Below are positions 26,074-40,100 of a stretch of 64,000 bases of DNA, piece after piece. The translations under genes were made by a program, and so were the position numbers. The stretch lies in the NCBI GenBank assembly GCA_964270895.1, contig OZ185440.1; one strand, 5' to 3'. Each line of letters opens with the position of its first letter. The first letter of the stretch is position 1. The notes under the pieces were generated by a model. The model worked only from the letters and a program-made list of their open reading frames with translations. It was not told where the DNA came from and ran no database searches. Origin of the DNA: Podarcis filfolensis (lineage: Eukaryota).

Positions 26074-27338
26074 TACCTTTGGGGGTACTGATCTTTCTGG
26101 GGATCAGATATGGTGTCATTCAGCCTTCACCAGTCTGGGGCAATCCAGATGTTGCTGGACTACATTATTTCTGACCGTTGGCTGCAGTGCCTGGGGCTGA
26201 TGGGAGTTGGGTATTCAACAACTTCTGGGTGGCACCAGCTTAATGAAGGGCTAGCAGATCTGCTGTCTTTATGCTCTGCTTGTGTGCTTGTAAATAAAGC
26301 AAATAATATGAGAGTTGGTTGGTGCATGATGGCCATGAAACTGTCCTGTGAATCAGGAGATCCTCGGTTTAAACCTCACCTCTGGTCTGAATTCACTTGG
26401 CAGGCTTAGGCAAGCTACACCCTCTCAGCCTCTGATTCCCCCAGCACCACCACCACTACTACCAACAAGGGATAATAACGGTACAGATTTACTTTACAAG
26501 GCTGATACTGTTCTAAGGAGAAGTACACTGAACACTTGAAAACACTATGCAGATGCTTATCATGATGAGGATGATGTCAACATCATTACAAAAATGCCAT
26601 AAAGTCTCCAGTGTCCTCTCATCCAGAGAAAGCCAGACATGTGTCCGGGAAACTTCTCCTAGTTTGAGGAATTGGAGGGGGGCATACAACCATATAAAGG
26701 CATCATAGCACTGACTGTTTCAGAATCAAGTTTAGTCACTTTTCCTAATAATCCCTAACATGCAATTTGCCTTCATGATTGCTGCTGAGCCCAGGACCTT
26801 GTGAAGGTGTCGGTCATCTATCTCCCTCCCTGCTGCTCCAGTAACCAGCTTCCTCTGTCATCCAGGAATCATCACTAAACAAACAGACACTCTTTATCAA
26901 GAATGGCAAGCAGTTAGAAGTACGCAAGCCTTGCAACACTTCTCACCACTGATGTTTGGCACCAATATCCTCAAAGCATGGCAGTGGCCCATTCGGAAAG
27001 CAAGTTAGGAGAGCAGAGCCCTCTGCTGGGTGGCTGTGAAAGGGAATACACTTTGACAGCTTATTTTGGTTCCACTCCCAGCTTCCTTTCCTGTTCTCGG
27101 TTTAATTAAAAGACCTACTTTCTGTTTCATTCTGTATCACTCTACAAAATAACAGGTATTTACATGTGTATGCCTGCTTGCTGGTTTAATCAAAAAGCAC
27201 TGGCTCCCAGCCTTGACGGGATAGTTTAGGGAGTAAATAGGGCCTTGCAGAATAGACACCAGCAGTGACAGTGAAATACCTGGTCAGGGTGGCCATCCGG
27301 TGATCAGGATTTGCAACTCTTAGTATTTCAATTTGCCA

Positions 27339-27340
27339 CA

Positions 27341-27395
<55 letters not shown>
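27339..27395. repeat. Compound (CA)n(GA)n microsatellite
   Basis: Direct reading. Confidence 0.95.
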
Positions 27396-27401
<6 letters not shown>

Positions 27402-27610
27402 TTTCTTTCATTTCAATGTTTTTATTAGAAACACACAGAATTGCATACATGTGGCTTTTTATTTATATCAGTCTACTGTTGTTTTAATGGTGTTTTAAAT
27501 TATTGCTGTAATGTTTTAGTGATAATTTTATTGTTTTTTGTAAACTGCTTTGAGTTTTTTCTACAATGAAGAGGCATATAAATTTTATGAAACAATAATA
27601 ATGATACATA

Positions 27611-27951
27611 AAGGTAAAGGGTAAAGGTACCCCTGACAGGTCCAGTTGCGGATGACTCTGTGGTTGCAGCACTCATCTCGCTGTATAGGCTGGCGTTTGT
27701 CCGCAGACATGTGGCTAGCATGACTAAGCCGCTTCTGGCAAACCAGAGCAGCACACAGAAAGGCCATTTACCTTTCCGCCAGAGCGGTACCTATTTATCT
27801 ACTTGCACTTTGACATGCTTTCGAACTGCTAGGTTGGCAGGAGCAGGGACTGAACAATGGGAGCTTACCCCGTCGCAGGGATTCAAACCGCCAACCTTCC
27901 GATTAGCAAGCCCTAGGCTCTGTGGTTTAGACCACAGCGCCACCTGCATCC
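27611..27951 (-). mobile_element. Sauria SINE
   Basis: Diagnostic body. 14-bp TSD aataatgatacata at 27597-27610 and 27952-27965. Confidence 0.92.
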
Positions 27952-29287
27952 AATAATGATACATATTTATAATTACATATTATTATAACATTTCCCCATT
28001 ACTATCCCTATAAAAAGTCATAATAACAAGAAGGGGAAAATATATAAGTATATGACTTTATATTCACACATTCATTTGATTATAAATGAACCAACTAAGG
28101 CTTTAAATAGTTCCAAAATGTATTTCTGTTTCATGTAAGAAAAACTGGATTTTTGAGAAATTGCAACTTCTTGAAGAACATTTATGGGCAACATCAGGGA
28201 GGATCTTGCTCAGTTTATTTTATTCCATTCCCCAAATGAAAAGCTGACTTGGGATGACTCTGCAAATTGGTGCTCATCACTTCATTACAATAAGTGATTG
28301 CTTTTCTTCATGAAATAGCCACTATGGATCATCAATTGACCTTGGTTTAGCAGTAGTTTTCAAAAGAGGCGGTTTACATGTTCAGATGTGAATCACTAAG
28401 AGATAAATCACCACACAATTATCACACAATTGTCATGCACGTGTGAGTCAGTTCTTCATGTAAACGGGAGCAGCTTGTGGGAGGAATTTATGTCTCAGTC
28501 ATCTCAGGATCACTGGCTTTGTAGGAGGACGCAAACTAGCTGAGGGTGGTCCAATGGGGCACTGTCCCACCAACCTCAGTCTGTCCTCACCAAGCCCCTA
28601 CCTGTCTCCTTTCTTACATGCTTACTTCCAGGAGGGGCATTACCTGTCAGCTTCTTCCTCCTTAGTCTCAATGTTGTCCTCTATAGAACTCAGCAGAGAG
28701 GAAGGTGGGGACTATGCTATATGTTCCTGCACCCCAGTCTCCGAGCAGCAAGAGATTCCAGGAGTTTGAGCACTTACCCGGGATTCAGCTTCCTTGGAGT
28801 GAAGGTCAGTGGAGACTGTGGTGTCTCTAGGACACATGCTTTTATTTACAGTGATATGCAGCCTGAGCACAGGATGGAAGGACTCATAGCAGTTACACTT
28901 CAATAGATCTTGCCTCCCCATTAGAACGTCCCCAAAGGCCATAGCTTTGGGTTCAGCACAGCTGAGAGAGTCAAGCTTCTTTCTCCAGCTTCCAGCCAAG
29001 TCAAAAGAACACTCAGACAGTCACCCCTGAACTATTGTTCTTCTTTCTAGGGTGACATGGCACCCAGCCAGGCAAGGAAAGGCCCACCCCTCCTCCGCCT
29101 GGAAAGCACCATCACTTGGTTGCTGCTAGAGCAACATGGCGCACTTTTTAACATGCTGATGGGGTTTTAAAATAGGTCATTGTCTACTAGAATCTAAACC
29201 TCACAGATACAGAATCACAGAGCTGGAAGGTCCCCCCCCGTACCACCCAGACTCCCCCACCCCCACCCCCAATATATATATATTATA

Positions 29288-29493
29288 CAGTCATACCTTG
29301 GGTTACAGATGCTTCAGGTTGCGTTTTTTTGGGTTATGGACCCGCCAAATGTACCGGAATGGGTTACTTCCAGGTTTTGGAGGTTGTGCATGTGCAGAAG
29401 CACCAAATTGCAACCCGTGCGTGCGCAGACACATCGCTGCGGGCTGCAAACGTGCATCCCGTACGGATCACGTTCACAACCTGAGCGTCCACT
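29288..29493. mobile_element. Degenerate Tigger/pogo-like MITE
   Basis: ta|cagtcataccttgggtt ... aacctgagcgtccactg, decayed cagtggtacctcgggtt-type TIRs. Confidence 0.65.
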
Positions 29494-32400
29494 GCATAGT
29501 GCTAAAATTAATTGGCTCTGCCTCTGAATGGCTCTTATAAATTGCATGTCCGCCTACCTTCTGGGCTATGGAATTCATTGGTTGGCGTGGCACTCCTTTC
29601 CTCCCTATCTGTCTCTGGCTTTTTCCTAGGCAAAATGATTATTTCCAGCCTGCTGCTGGTTGCACTTGGGCTGCCAGTGTAATCACGGCCCTGTCTAGGC
29701 CGGAGGTGAGCACAAGCATATGTTGCTGCTTCCTTCCTATTCATGGAAGTACTGTGAATTCTTCCTGGGATTATTGCATTGTGTGTGGGAGTTGGTGTGG
29801 ACTAGGGAGGGGACCGCTACTGCAGCACTTGTGCCTTGTGCGATGCTGATTGATGGCTTCCATGCACAGCCAATGTGGTAACAATTACTGGAGCACAATG
29901 CTGTGATTAGTGGATGGTGGCAGAGTTGTCATGGGTGCTGGAAAACGTCTGCCGTCTTGTTTTCTGCTTTGCACGTGTGTTTTGCTAGGCACATGGATTT
30001 GTCACAGCAACCTTGGTCCTGGTGTGGTGGTTGCTAGAGTAACAGTAGGATCATTCTACCTGCCAGACAATTAATTTGCTACGTTAAATTCATTCCTGTC
30101 AGAGTGATCCTGTAAAAGTGCCTCCAAGATGTTCATTCAGTCAATTTAGTATTTGTAAAACTACAGAGCACAAAAGACTCCCAAATCTGCCTCACTACAA
30201 TAAGGATGTCTGGCACTGTAGGTAGACCAGGCACACACACCAACAAAGAAGAGATGTTATTATCATAACTAAATTACCAATCTCTTACAAATCATTGAAA
30301 TCCCAAAGGAACCTCTGTGGGTATTTCTCAACCCAATAAACTGTTTTATTTAATTTGTGAAATGAGTTGACCACAGGGAGGAGAGGATGCCTATAGTAAA
30401 TCACTGGCATGGACATTTCATACATAGCACAGATTAGTGGGATTCTTAGCATGGGATAAATTTTAAATTGATGCATTACAGGAAAGTGGTATGTCAAAAT
30501 AGAATTTGGAAATAACTGAATGTAACTATTCAGGAGTTTAGTTCCAAAATGAGATGATAAACATTTTGACATTTTTAGGAAATGGAAACCCAGGCCAGTG
30601 TGCATCTGTATGGCAAAATGTTACAAAGAATAGTTACTACTTCTTTTTCTTTGGGCTTTTCTCCAAAATGGAGGCAAGTGTGTACAAGCGCTGTGCTGTG
30701 TCCATATCTAGCTTCATTAAAGCACCAAGTAGGAATGTAGAAATGAGTCTCCATAGTTACTGAGCAGGCATTCTTCCCTTCTTTGGGTGCCATAGCAACA
30801 CGGCATTTGGCTGGCTGGCTGGCGGAGTCAAGGGCCCTCTCCTGCAGACTAACTCATGATTACTTGCAGGCAAGATCAAAAGAAGCAAACAATAGAGATC
30901 AAGCCTGGGCTCAATCATAGAATTATTGCTAAAGCACCATCTAGTCCAAACCTGTAAACAAAGTGAGGCTCATTCCACCCTCCTGCAGGTCAAGCTCTGC
31001 AGTCACGACCCACAATATAATTTGTGCAACGGGAGCAACTAAGATTGAAATCCCTATTGTGGAGTGAATGGCATATGCAAGGAAGCGAAGCAGTAGAAAG
31101 GGAAATGGGAAACCTATGCAGCAGGTCAGTCTGACCTATAAGAATCTTTGCCCATCCACCCCCATCCTCACATATTGTGACAAACCAGATCCTGAGTCTC
31201 AGGGAAATCCAGCCCCCAAACTTTCTACAGCAATGTGCTGCCACTGGCTGGCGCTGTCTCTGATGCCTCATGTAAGGATTGCCAGCACTGGGCACCAGTG
31301 TGGCCATCAGTGCCTCCTATGGCACACACATAAGTTCTCAGGAAAACTCTCCTCAGAAGTCCACAATACACAAGAGACTGTTTACTCTTCCTGCTCAGTT
31401 CCTGTTTGCACTGTCTCAGCTTCCCTTACATTGAGGGTGCTCCCTTAAACATGCCCACTTTGGACTGGTTGTAAAGATTGGACATTCATCCTCCCTTCTG
31501 TTCTGAACAGAGGAGAGGTGCAAAGGTTTTATCTCTGAGTGAGTACAGCAGGTCCTCCTTTTGCAGGTCCTCTTTCCCCCTCAATTGATGGGGGGGCACA
31601 CCTGCATCCCATTGTGGTCCTGTTTGTAGGTTTGGCAGCCATTTTGTCTTCTCTCCTGCCTCGTGGCAGCCTTTTTATGAGCTAGCACTCACATCACTTC
31701 ATCAGCAATTCCAGGTGTGCCCACTGGTCCCGAAAATTTGGTGAGTTTTGCATCAGAGGAAGTAGAGAGAACGAAAGTGGGTGGATGAGGCCCCATTCTA
31801 TCCTGAGCACAGCCCACAAACAGAGATAGCAAAACACAGAATGACAAGGCAAGTCTTATTCAGATGGACGCTTTGCCACACATATGCCCCTTGATGTGCA
31901 ATGAAGTGCTCGGTTCCACTTAGCAGGATGAGGCCTGCTTACCAAGCGGCTACATGTCCACGGTCATCTCTTCCCACCCTCTGGCTTAAATGCAGTGACA
32001 TTCCTTGTCCACACGACTGCTCCACAGAGACAATTCCAAAAGATTGCAGCTCTGATCGAAATCTCAATCCACTTATCATATGAGGGATGGATTCAATTTC
32101 TTGTCTCAATACTCAGTGGGTTCAGGGAGCTGCCCTCACTAGCCTATCAAATTTTATCCCCCTGTGTCTCATAAGCCAGGCTTGCTTCAATTACAAGTCA
32201 GACATTTGGTGTCTCATGCTGTTGAGCACTCAGCCAGAAGAAATTCGGCAGACATCTGTGCTGCTAACTTTCAGGTGTCTCTTGAAAACTGTGTGTGTGC
32301 AGGCTGTTTAATTTTTTGGTTAGCTGGTCACCTTAATAAGTATCTGTATTTTAAAATAATTTTTAAAAAAAGTTTTATGTTTTAGCAGTGTACACCACCT

Positions 32401-34769
32401 TGGTGTTTTATGATATGGCAATATAGAAATACTTCTATATGTATATATAAAACAAACTGTTCTGTTTCACCATGGCAGGTTACGTAGACGATTTTGGCAT
32501 TTGGTCACACTGCTACTTTATTTCAAGGCATATCCCTTTGCAAGAATCCACCAGCAGATGTCACTGCAGAGATGAACAGCAGACTAACAGGGATGGGTGT
32601 TAACAAATGCCCCCTCTGCACAACACACTTAAAGCAGTATTATGCCACTTTAAGCACTCATGGCTTCCCCTGCCTCCAAAGAATCTTGTGAAACGTACTT
32701 TGTTAGGGATGCTGACAGTTGTTAACAAACCCTTATTTTTGTGAAGAGACCCTCACAGAACTACAATTCTGATAGTGGTTTAACCATCAATCCCTCTTCC
32801 CAGGGAGAATTAAGTCAGTCTTCCCTATTATGGTGAGATATCTTGTGTTTCTGTTTCTAGTTAAAGTAATTATTTCTACATTTGTGTACATATTAGAATA
32901 CACAGTTTTTATGATGAATTTCCTTTTTCAGGTCTGCAACGCAAGATTTGTGTATTCCAGTTAAATCCACCCTCAAAACAATGACAGATTATGGTGCCTT
33001 TGATAACTGAAGTATCCAAGTCTCTTGGGGCCAGAGTGAGTGGTTTGCATAGGCTAAGGCTAGAGTTACAGGTGAATGAATTAATATGAAGATCATATTA
33101 CCAAGTCTGACTTGGCTCTGGTTCCTGAACTGTGCTTTCTCCCTGCTTTATATCTGAGCATCACAACTATTGCAGCTGCATCCAAGTTACTTCCAATTTT
33201 GCAAGGAGGACACGTTGCCATTTAATTGAGCTGTGCTGTCATGCAGACCTAATGTCATTCAGTGAGGTTTGGCACTAAACCAGAAGTACAGAAATCAGGA
33301 GTGAGAACAAAAGAGGGGTGCTTTGTTTCTTCTCTCCTGTGGGCTACATGCCCTGCTCATCCTGCAAATGCCTTGGCCTGCTATTTGGAGGGGCAAGGAT
33401 TGGCCCGGGGGGGGGGAGCGCCTCTGGCTTATTGAGTCAGTAGTCCAATCACCAGAAGAATCTTCCATTGGCAACCACCTCATTCACTTGGCCCTTTGGT
33501 TAGCATGAATGGCTGATATTTACTAGATGTCACATTCTTGACCACCAAATCTCCAGGGGGAAAGTTGACAGAAACCAGACAGCAAGGCAGAAAGCCTCAG
33601 GGCTGTTTGCTATGCACATTTTTCAACGTGATGGGAAATTGCACATTGGAGGTGGGTACACAGAAATACAAAAAGTTCTAGCAAAAGTATAGAAGAGCTT
33701 CACCCAGAGGTAACAGAAAAGAAGTAAGGATTATTAGAAGATATAGGCCATAGGCAGAAGTGATGCAAGGTTAAATTGTCTTTAATTCTTGTGGGAGTGG
33801 AGGTTAGTTGTGGATAAGCACAATTCATAGTTCCAGAGTGATGTTTCTTTAAAACCTTACAAAGGATTCAAAGAATATATAATCTGTGTAGCTCACTGGG
33901 ATTATTCCTTTTCATAGCAAACTCTTCAAAATGAATGGATTTTGTCCCTAGGGATGATACACATTTCCTCAGAAAGGAATATTCTGACAAATTCTTTCAA
34001 ATTTTCTTGTTTGAGAATCTCCTGAACTGCTGAGGAATATTATTCCTCTCATGGAGAATATTCAGCAAAATGGCCTCCTCAGTTTCACCATCCCTGAGAC
34101 CAGTTTTGGGTCTTATTTTTCATAGGATTTAACATTATTTTAGTGTTGTTGAAGGGAGCAATGCCATTGACCCTGACTCCTCCCTGCCCTTCTCTCTTAG
34201 CCAATTGCTGCCTTCATCCACCCAAAGGAACTAACAACAGAGTTTTAATGAACATTATGCAAGATGAATTTTTTTCTTTCAGAAAAGGAGTTTTTGAGAA
34301 ATGTTTGCAATTTTTTGGTTTTTGAGCTCCCCATAAACTTTTGGAGGCTTTCGGTCTTCCCCTGGGGAATGTTTTGCAAATGGCCCACTATTTCAAAACA
34401 AATAGGAAATGGGTGTTGCCCTTCCTGGGAGAGGGAAGGAGCCCTAGTCCCATAAGACTGTCTTAACCAGCCTGGCATCCTCCAGATGTTTTTGACTACA
34501 TCAGTGTGCTCTCTCCTAAGTAAGGACTGCTCTGGCAGAAGCAGAGTTGGTTGTGGTTTGAGGGGGTCTATGAACAGGAGGTATGACACTGAAATGGCCA
34601 CAGTGTAGGAGATGTACATGGCAGTGGCGGCAACATCAACAGTACTGAATGGGATGGATTGCTTCTTTCTGTACACGAGAGACCAAAGAGCACAAGGTGT
34701 AGCCTCTGCGTCACAAGCAGTCAAGCCCTGATGGATATGAATTGCTCTACGCCTTTCAGACCTTAACTC

Positions 34770-34806
34770 TGTTTGTTTGTTTCTTTCACAGAGGGGGCAA
34801 AGTCTA
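34770..34806 (+). promoter_or_regulatory. Candidate gut-type promoter motifs: forkhead-like TGTTTGTTTGTTT and HNF4-type DR1 GGGGCAAAGTCTA
   Basis: Motifs read directly at 34770-34782 and 34794-34806, next to the putative first exon. Function is inferred. Confidence 0.35.
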
Positions 34807-34930
34807 AACTCGAAGCTATGTATCCAACCCAGTCGACTCCTTCCCTGCTCTGCTTTCAGGTGCTGTGCGCAGCAGAGGGGGGCCTTGCGCTCGTTCTACA
34901 GTAGGAGCTATCGCTGCAGCAACTGAGAAG
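34792..34930 (+). other. EPS8L3: Putative non-coding 5' exon of EPS8L3
   Basis: Consensus donor AAG|gtgagt at 34930/34931, 2.1 kb upstream of the ATG exon, which has its own acceptor and so needs an upstream exon. The 5' boundary is uncertain (TSS, or acceptor at 34791 or 34859). Confidence 0.5.
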
Positions 34931-35232
34931 GTGAGTTGCTTCACCATTTCCTAGCCGCTTGCTGATGGTACTCAGATTTCCCTGTCCTTCTGCTTTCTCA
35001 TCCTTCCAGGTACAGCTAATCCCATTTCCAGGGAGTGTTTGTCACGGTGTCTAAAGGGAAGGGAGGAATAGAGTGACTTTCCATACAGTGGAAGGGATGT
35101 TCTGAAGCTGAAATTTGCACAAAAGTGGGGTTTAAAATAATCTATACATGTATCAAAAAGAACTGCTTGTGCTTTTGCCTTTCATACAAAGGGAATGGCC
35201 ACATCCCCTTCTCCAGCTCAACCCCACATATG

Positions 35233-35320
35233 GGAGAGGCCGTAGCATAGTGGTAGAGTGTGTGCTCAGCATGCAAAAAGTCTGAGGTTTAATCCCTGTT
35301 CTCTCTAGTTAGAAGGATCA
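35233..35320 (+). mobile_element. Decayed tRNA-derived SINE head
   Basis: gccgtagcatagtggtagag (A-box-like) ... gaggtttaatccct (B-box-like). Too divergent for a tRNA. Confidence 0.55.
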
Positions 35321-37105
35321 GCTTGAAGGGGGCAAGGGGAAATCCTCAGATCTTCAAGAACTGCTGCCAGTTACTGGAGACAAATGAACAAACAAACTGG
35401 CCTGGTAGGAGGAAGCTTCCTGTTGTCTTCGTACAAATCTTTCTGGCTGGAAATACCCTAAATATAATTGATTCCTGGTGTCCTGACATCCCAGCAATTT
35501 GGAATATGGAGATGGAACAAACTGCTTGGCTCTTAAGAGCACCCATGGCTGCTAAAGGCCGCTATTGTATAATTGGAAACATAAGACTCAGCCATAAAAT
35601 ATTATTGATAATTAGGCAAATTTCAGGAGAGGTAACTATAGCCTAGTTCCCATGGCACAGTAAGCTAAACTATGGCTTGGCATGAATGTGTAAGTAGGTG
35701 TGCAAGCTCTGAGAAAGGATATTGTGGTTGCTTTCCTCTTCATTGGCCTTTTGCCTGCTGTGCTGAGCTAAGCCATAGTTTGGCTGAGGGTGTCATTTGA
35801 ACCCGGGCTCACCACTTAGCTCTCCCAGGCAAACCATGAGCTGTAAACTATTAGCCTGGACTTGGACAACACACTAAGCCCAAACAATGGCTTAGCTCAG
35901 TGTGGCACAGCAGCAAAACAACTGGGTTGAAGCAAAATAGGGTGCAACCTGCTCTCAGGGAAACTGAAACACTTCCACATTTGATGTGGTGTGGCATGTG
36001 AAGCAAGCCACTCTTAGTTACACCACACAGAAAATAAGGAGGATTTGTGGCACTAAGTTTTCATGGATTAAAGCCCATTTTGTCGGCCGCATGAGGTTTT
36101 ATCCCAGCTGGTTTATGTGTAGGTGTGCGTATGTATATATGTAATCACACAGAGAGAAGTCAAGTGTGGGGGCATAAGCAGAAAGTCCAAAGGGCTGTGA
36201 AATGCTCGATTTACAATGAGTGGCATTTCCATGCAAAGCTCAACTGTGCAAGGTAAACATAATTAATGGACTTGGTGACTAATAAGGATGGGCACATCTG
36301 TCAGTTTCATTCCAGTTTCTTATTTTTCCAGTCTTAAGTTCAGTTCTCCACATTTTAACATCAGCATGTGAATTTATTTATTTATTTAAAAAAGGTTGTC
36401 TTGAAAATTCACCAGCATCTTTTAAAAAAAAATCACCAGCATCTTAGTGTGCATTTCTCCTAATGTACACATTTTTGCAAAGCAAATATCCCTACAATTA
36501 TGCATTTATGTATATTAGTTCAGTAATAAGTGCATGTGTAGGCACACTTTACTCTGGTATATACCTCTTTATATACATTCTATGGTTGCATTGCAAAATT
36601 CAGAAAAGTGTGAATTTCACAGGGTGGCTGTGTTTCAGTCCTAGTATTATTTCAGAGAGTGCAAATTAAGGAATATTTAAGTGTGAACAGAATAAAAATT
36701 CTCCACCATCCCTAGTGCCTAAGGATGATGTGGCATATAAATATGCAGTATAAAAAGGAAGCAGTACTGAGGACCATCTGATGGTGTTCAGGTTGTTGTT
36801 TTTCTGTGTTGCTTTCCTTCCATTCATTTTTCTTTCCCTTCTTTTCTTTCTTCTTCTATTTTGGTTTTTTGCTAGTTCTATTTCTTTTTCTCCTTAGCTG
36901 TATTTCAGCCTCTGAATAGATTTGAGTGGGCAGCTAGATGTACAGAAGTTCAGAATTTGATCCAAAGTCTTTAATAGAGAGAAGCTTACCACATCCCACT
37001 ACTTCTTTCATGCACACCTGAAATATTGATTAGATAGACATGAGTGTTGGGCATCTGTCTGGAGATATAACTGATGTATAATCCACAGGATCAAAAGTCA
37101 GGAAG

Positions 37106-37146
37106 ATGGCAGATCTCTTTCACCATAGGAATGACATTTCTTACAA
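37106..37146 (+). CDS. EPS8L3: EPS8L3 coding exon 1 (exon starts 37089; [14 protein letters not shown])
   Basis: Acceptor atccacag|37089, ATG at 37106 in aagATGG context, donor AA|gtaagt. Phase 2 joins in frame to the 38167 exon. Confidence 0.8.
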
Positions 37147-40100
37147 GTAAGTTTATGCATATCTTTCATACCATTTGATACCACTGGAGGACTCTGCTAG
37201 CCACAACCAACTGTTCTTCATGTTATATTCATTCTTGCACGTGGACAAGAGTCTTTCTTCTTCAGGAAGAATTTGATTCTGAAAACTTTAGACCTTTTGT
37301 GTTCCATCTTTGGAAGATGCCAAGTTCTAATTAGGATTCTGTGGTTTGCAGATACAAAATACTACATAGTTCCCATGGCAGTTTTAAAATATGCCTCTTT
37401 TCAGCCTTGTTGCTAGTTAAGGTTTGTTTGCTTTTTTGTTTATTACTCGTATATCCCACTTTTCTTCCAAGTAACTTGAGGTTTAGCCTTGCAACATCTT
37501 TGTGAGATGGGTTAGGTTGAGAGATGGCGACTGTCCCAAGGCAATCCAGTGAGCTTCATGGCTGGGTGGGGATTTGAGCTTTGTTAACTAAGTTCCTGCT
37601 ATCAGGATCCCCTGAAGGCTCATTGAGATGGATGCTGCAGCATCCCTACTTGTGGGGAGATGCCATCAGTACCCAGTTTTGACTCCATGTAGTAGTGATG
37701 AAGGGACGTGGGTGGCGCTGTGGGTTAAACCACAGAGCCTAGGACTTGCCGATCAGAAGGTTGGTGGTTCGAATCCCCGTGATGGGGTGAGCTCACGTTG
37801 CTCAGTCCCTGCTCCTGCCAACCTAGGAATTCGAAAGCACGTCAAAGTGCTAGTAGATAAATAGGTACTGCTCTGGCGGGAAGGTAAACGGCTTTTCCGT
37901 GCGCTGCTCTGGTTCGCCAGAAGTGGCTTAGTCATGATGGCCACATGATCCGGAAGCTGTACACCAGCTCCCTCAGCCAATAAAGCGAGATGAGCACCGC
38001 AACCCCAGAGTCGGTCACGACTGGACCTAATGATCAGGGGCCCCTTTACCTTTACCTAGTAGTGATGAAGGGTGAGGGAATTTAAGGCACGTAAGGTGGA
38101 TATATTTAGACATTTTAAAACCTAGGGAACATTTCAACCCCTTGTGTCTATTTGCTTCCTCCACAGTGAAACTGAGAGCAGCTTCAACAAAGCCAACAGC
38201 ATGACCAGGCCAAGTGGCAAGTCCATTTACCGTAAGAACAGCCTGTCTTTTCTCCTGCATTCAACATCTCCAGTCTTAATAAGTCTGAATCCCCATCTGA
38301 GAGCTCTCAGGGTTTCTTTGTTCATTTTTATTATTTGCTGCAAAGTCTCATATTGGAAGGGGGAGAGAGAGATAACCAAATTGTAGATGCCACCTGTGTC
38401 CTCTCCTATTTCTGTCACAGCAGTATTAGAACACTTTTTACCTCAGGGAATGGCCTTAGAGTAATATAGTTGCCACTTTGCTTTATGATTTCTCTTCTCC
38501 TCCTCAGACAGCAGTGAGATCAGCCGTCCCTCACAAACAAGCTAGTTAGAAGGGTGGAGAGCTCCCCGTCCCCCCCGCCCACCTTCATGCTTGTCAATAA
38601 AAAATAAGAAATTCTCCCTAGTTGCACAGTTAATCATTTGACATTGGAGCAATATTAATAGAAGCCACACATCCATTCTAATCACCCAGCAATGAAGCCA
38701 TAGGGCTGTAGTAGACCACATGGTGAAGCAGAGATGATTACCTGACCTCCTGCTGTTTACCAGGAGAGATGAGGTAGTGGGGAGGGTGATGTAAAGCAAG
38801 CCCAAGGATTACCTAGGAAGTAAGGTCTCATAACATCTTCCTGCTTAAGGCAAAGGTGAAGATGGTGCAGAAGTAAACTGGACTGGCAGTTGGATTTTCT
38901 TTTGGTATTGGCAATAGGATTGTGTCTGCCACTGCACCTCAGGCCAATGTGGTAGCAGGCGGTGTGGCACACACAATTCTGCCCTCCAAGTAATGGGTAC
39001 AGCTAGGGATCTGGATGCTGCTTCCCCACATGTCTACTGCCTATGGCAGTTGCCACACGCTGCCTAATAATAGGGACGGCCCTGCTCCAACTTATGCACT
39101 TGCTTGCAACTCATTGGCCACACGAGAAACTCCTGCCAAGCTGTCTTCCTTATGAGTAGTTGGAGCCAAAGCTATTTGACCATTCTGAATTCCCTGATAT
39201 TTGTACAAGAGGTTGTACAAACCTCATACAGAGGTTTGGATTCATATATTTAAGTGAGGATTCCCTTACATCTGGGGATACTGAAGTTGATTTCTTCATA
39301 CTGTGTCTCCTCTCTCTCCCTCTTGCTCTCATAGACCAGCGGAAGGAATATACTGAAAGTATGATAAAGCACCAACATGAATTCCAGCACCGGGTGGAGG
39401 TAGGAAAAGCTTGGGGAAGCAGAGACATTTCATTCTGTCCAGTGATGGTGGAAGAATGAACTGGTCCCATGCAGTGGTGCCAGTTCCTACACTTGGTGGT
39501 GCCACACAATTCCCATCATTTTACTAACCTGCTGGTGGCCTCATACTCTCTCCTACAGGAGATCCCATGTGGGTCGCCCATTACCTGACTTTCATCTCCT
39601 ACACGTGTTCAAAGGAACATGGTTGGTGAAGGGAGCAGAATCACAGCATCAGGCACCACCCCCAACCTACACACATTCATTTGAATGTGTTCAAAGAACA
39701 CCTACATGAATAAGGCTTTCTCCACAGAAATGGTCTCCAGACTGTATGTGCAGAGGCTCTCATCATTCATTCAGATGAATGTGGATCAGGCAGGGTCAAC
39801 TGTGATCCCACTTGCTCCCTCACTCAAGGCTGAGCCATGGGCAGAGGAGCCAAGAGCTGTGGGGGAAGCAAGTAGCCAGGAGCGCATCAGAGCTCAAGAA
39901 ATCCTTATTGTTCAAGGAAAGCTTTTATACTCCTTCCTGCCCAGGAAGATTCAATGGGAAGCTTGAGTGGGTGGAGCCAGTCCAGGACCAGAAGGTTTTC
40001 CACCAAGAAGATTGCCACCAGCAGGTCCATAAATCACCACAGGGCAATCCAATAAAATTGTCACACAAATGATCCATGAGTTCCTGACTACTGTGCATAG

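Noticed and set aside
1-33000. Many 60-195 aa ORFs in the track (e.g. 8822-9241, 14998-15345, 22464-22982, 31068-31448)
   Set aside because: They show no recognisable domains or consistent splice-phase chains, and their lengths are what random vertebrate DNA gives when alternative starts are allowed. Several lie in repeats.
35233-35320. Possible tRNA gene
   Set aside because: The A and B boxes are degenerate and the stems do not pair well. It fits a decayed tRNA-derived SINE head.
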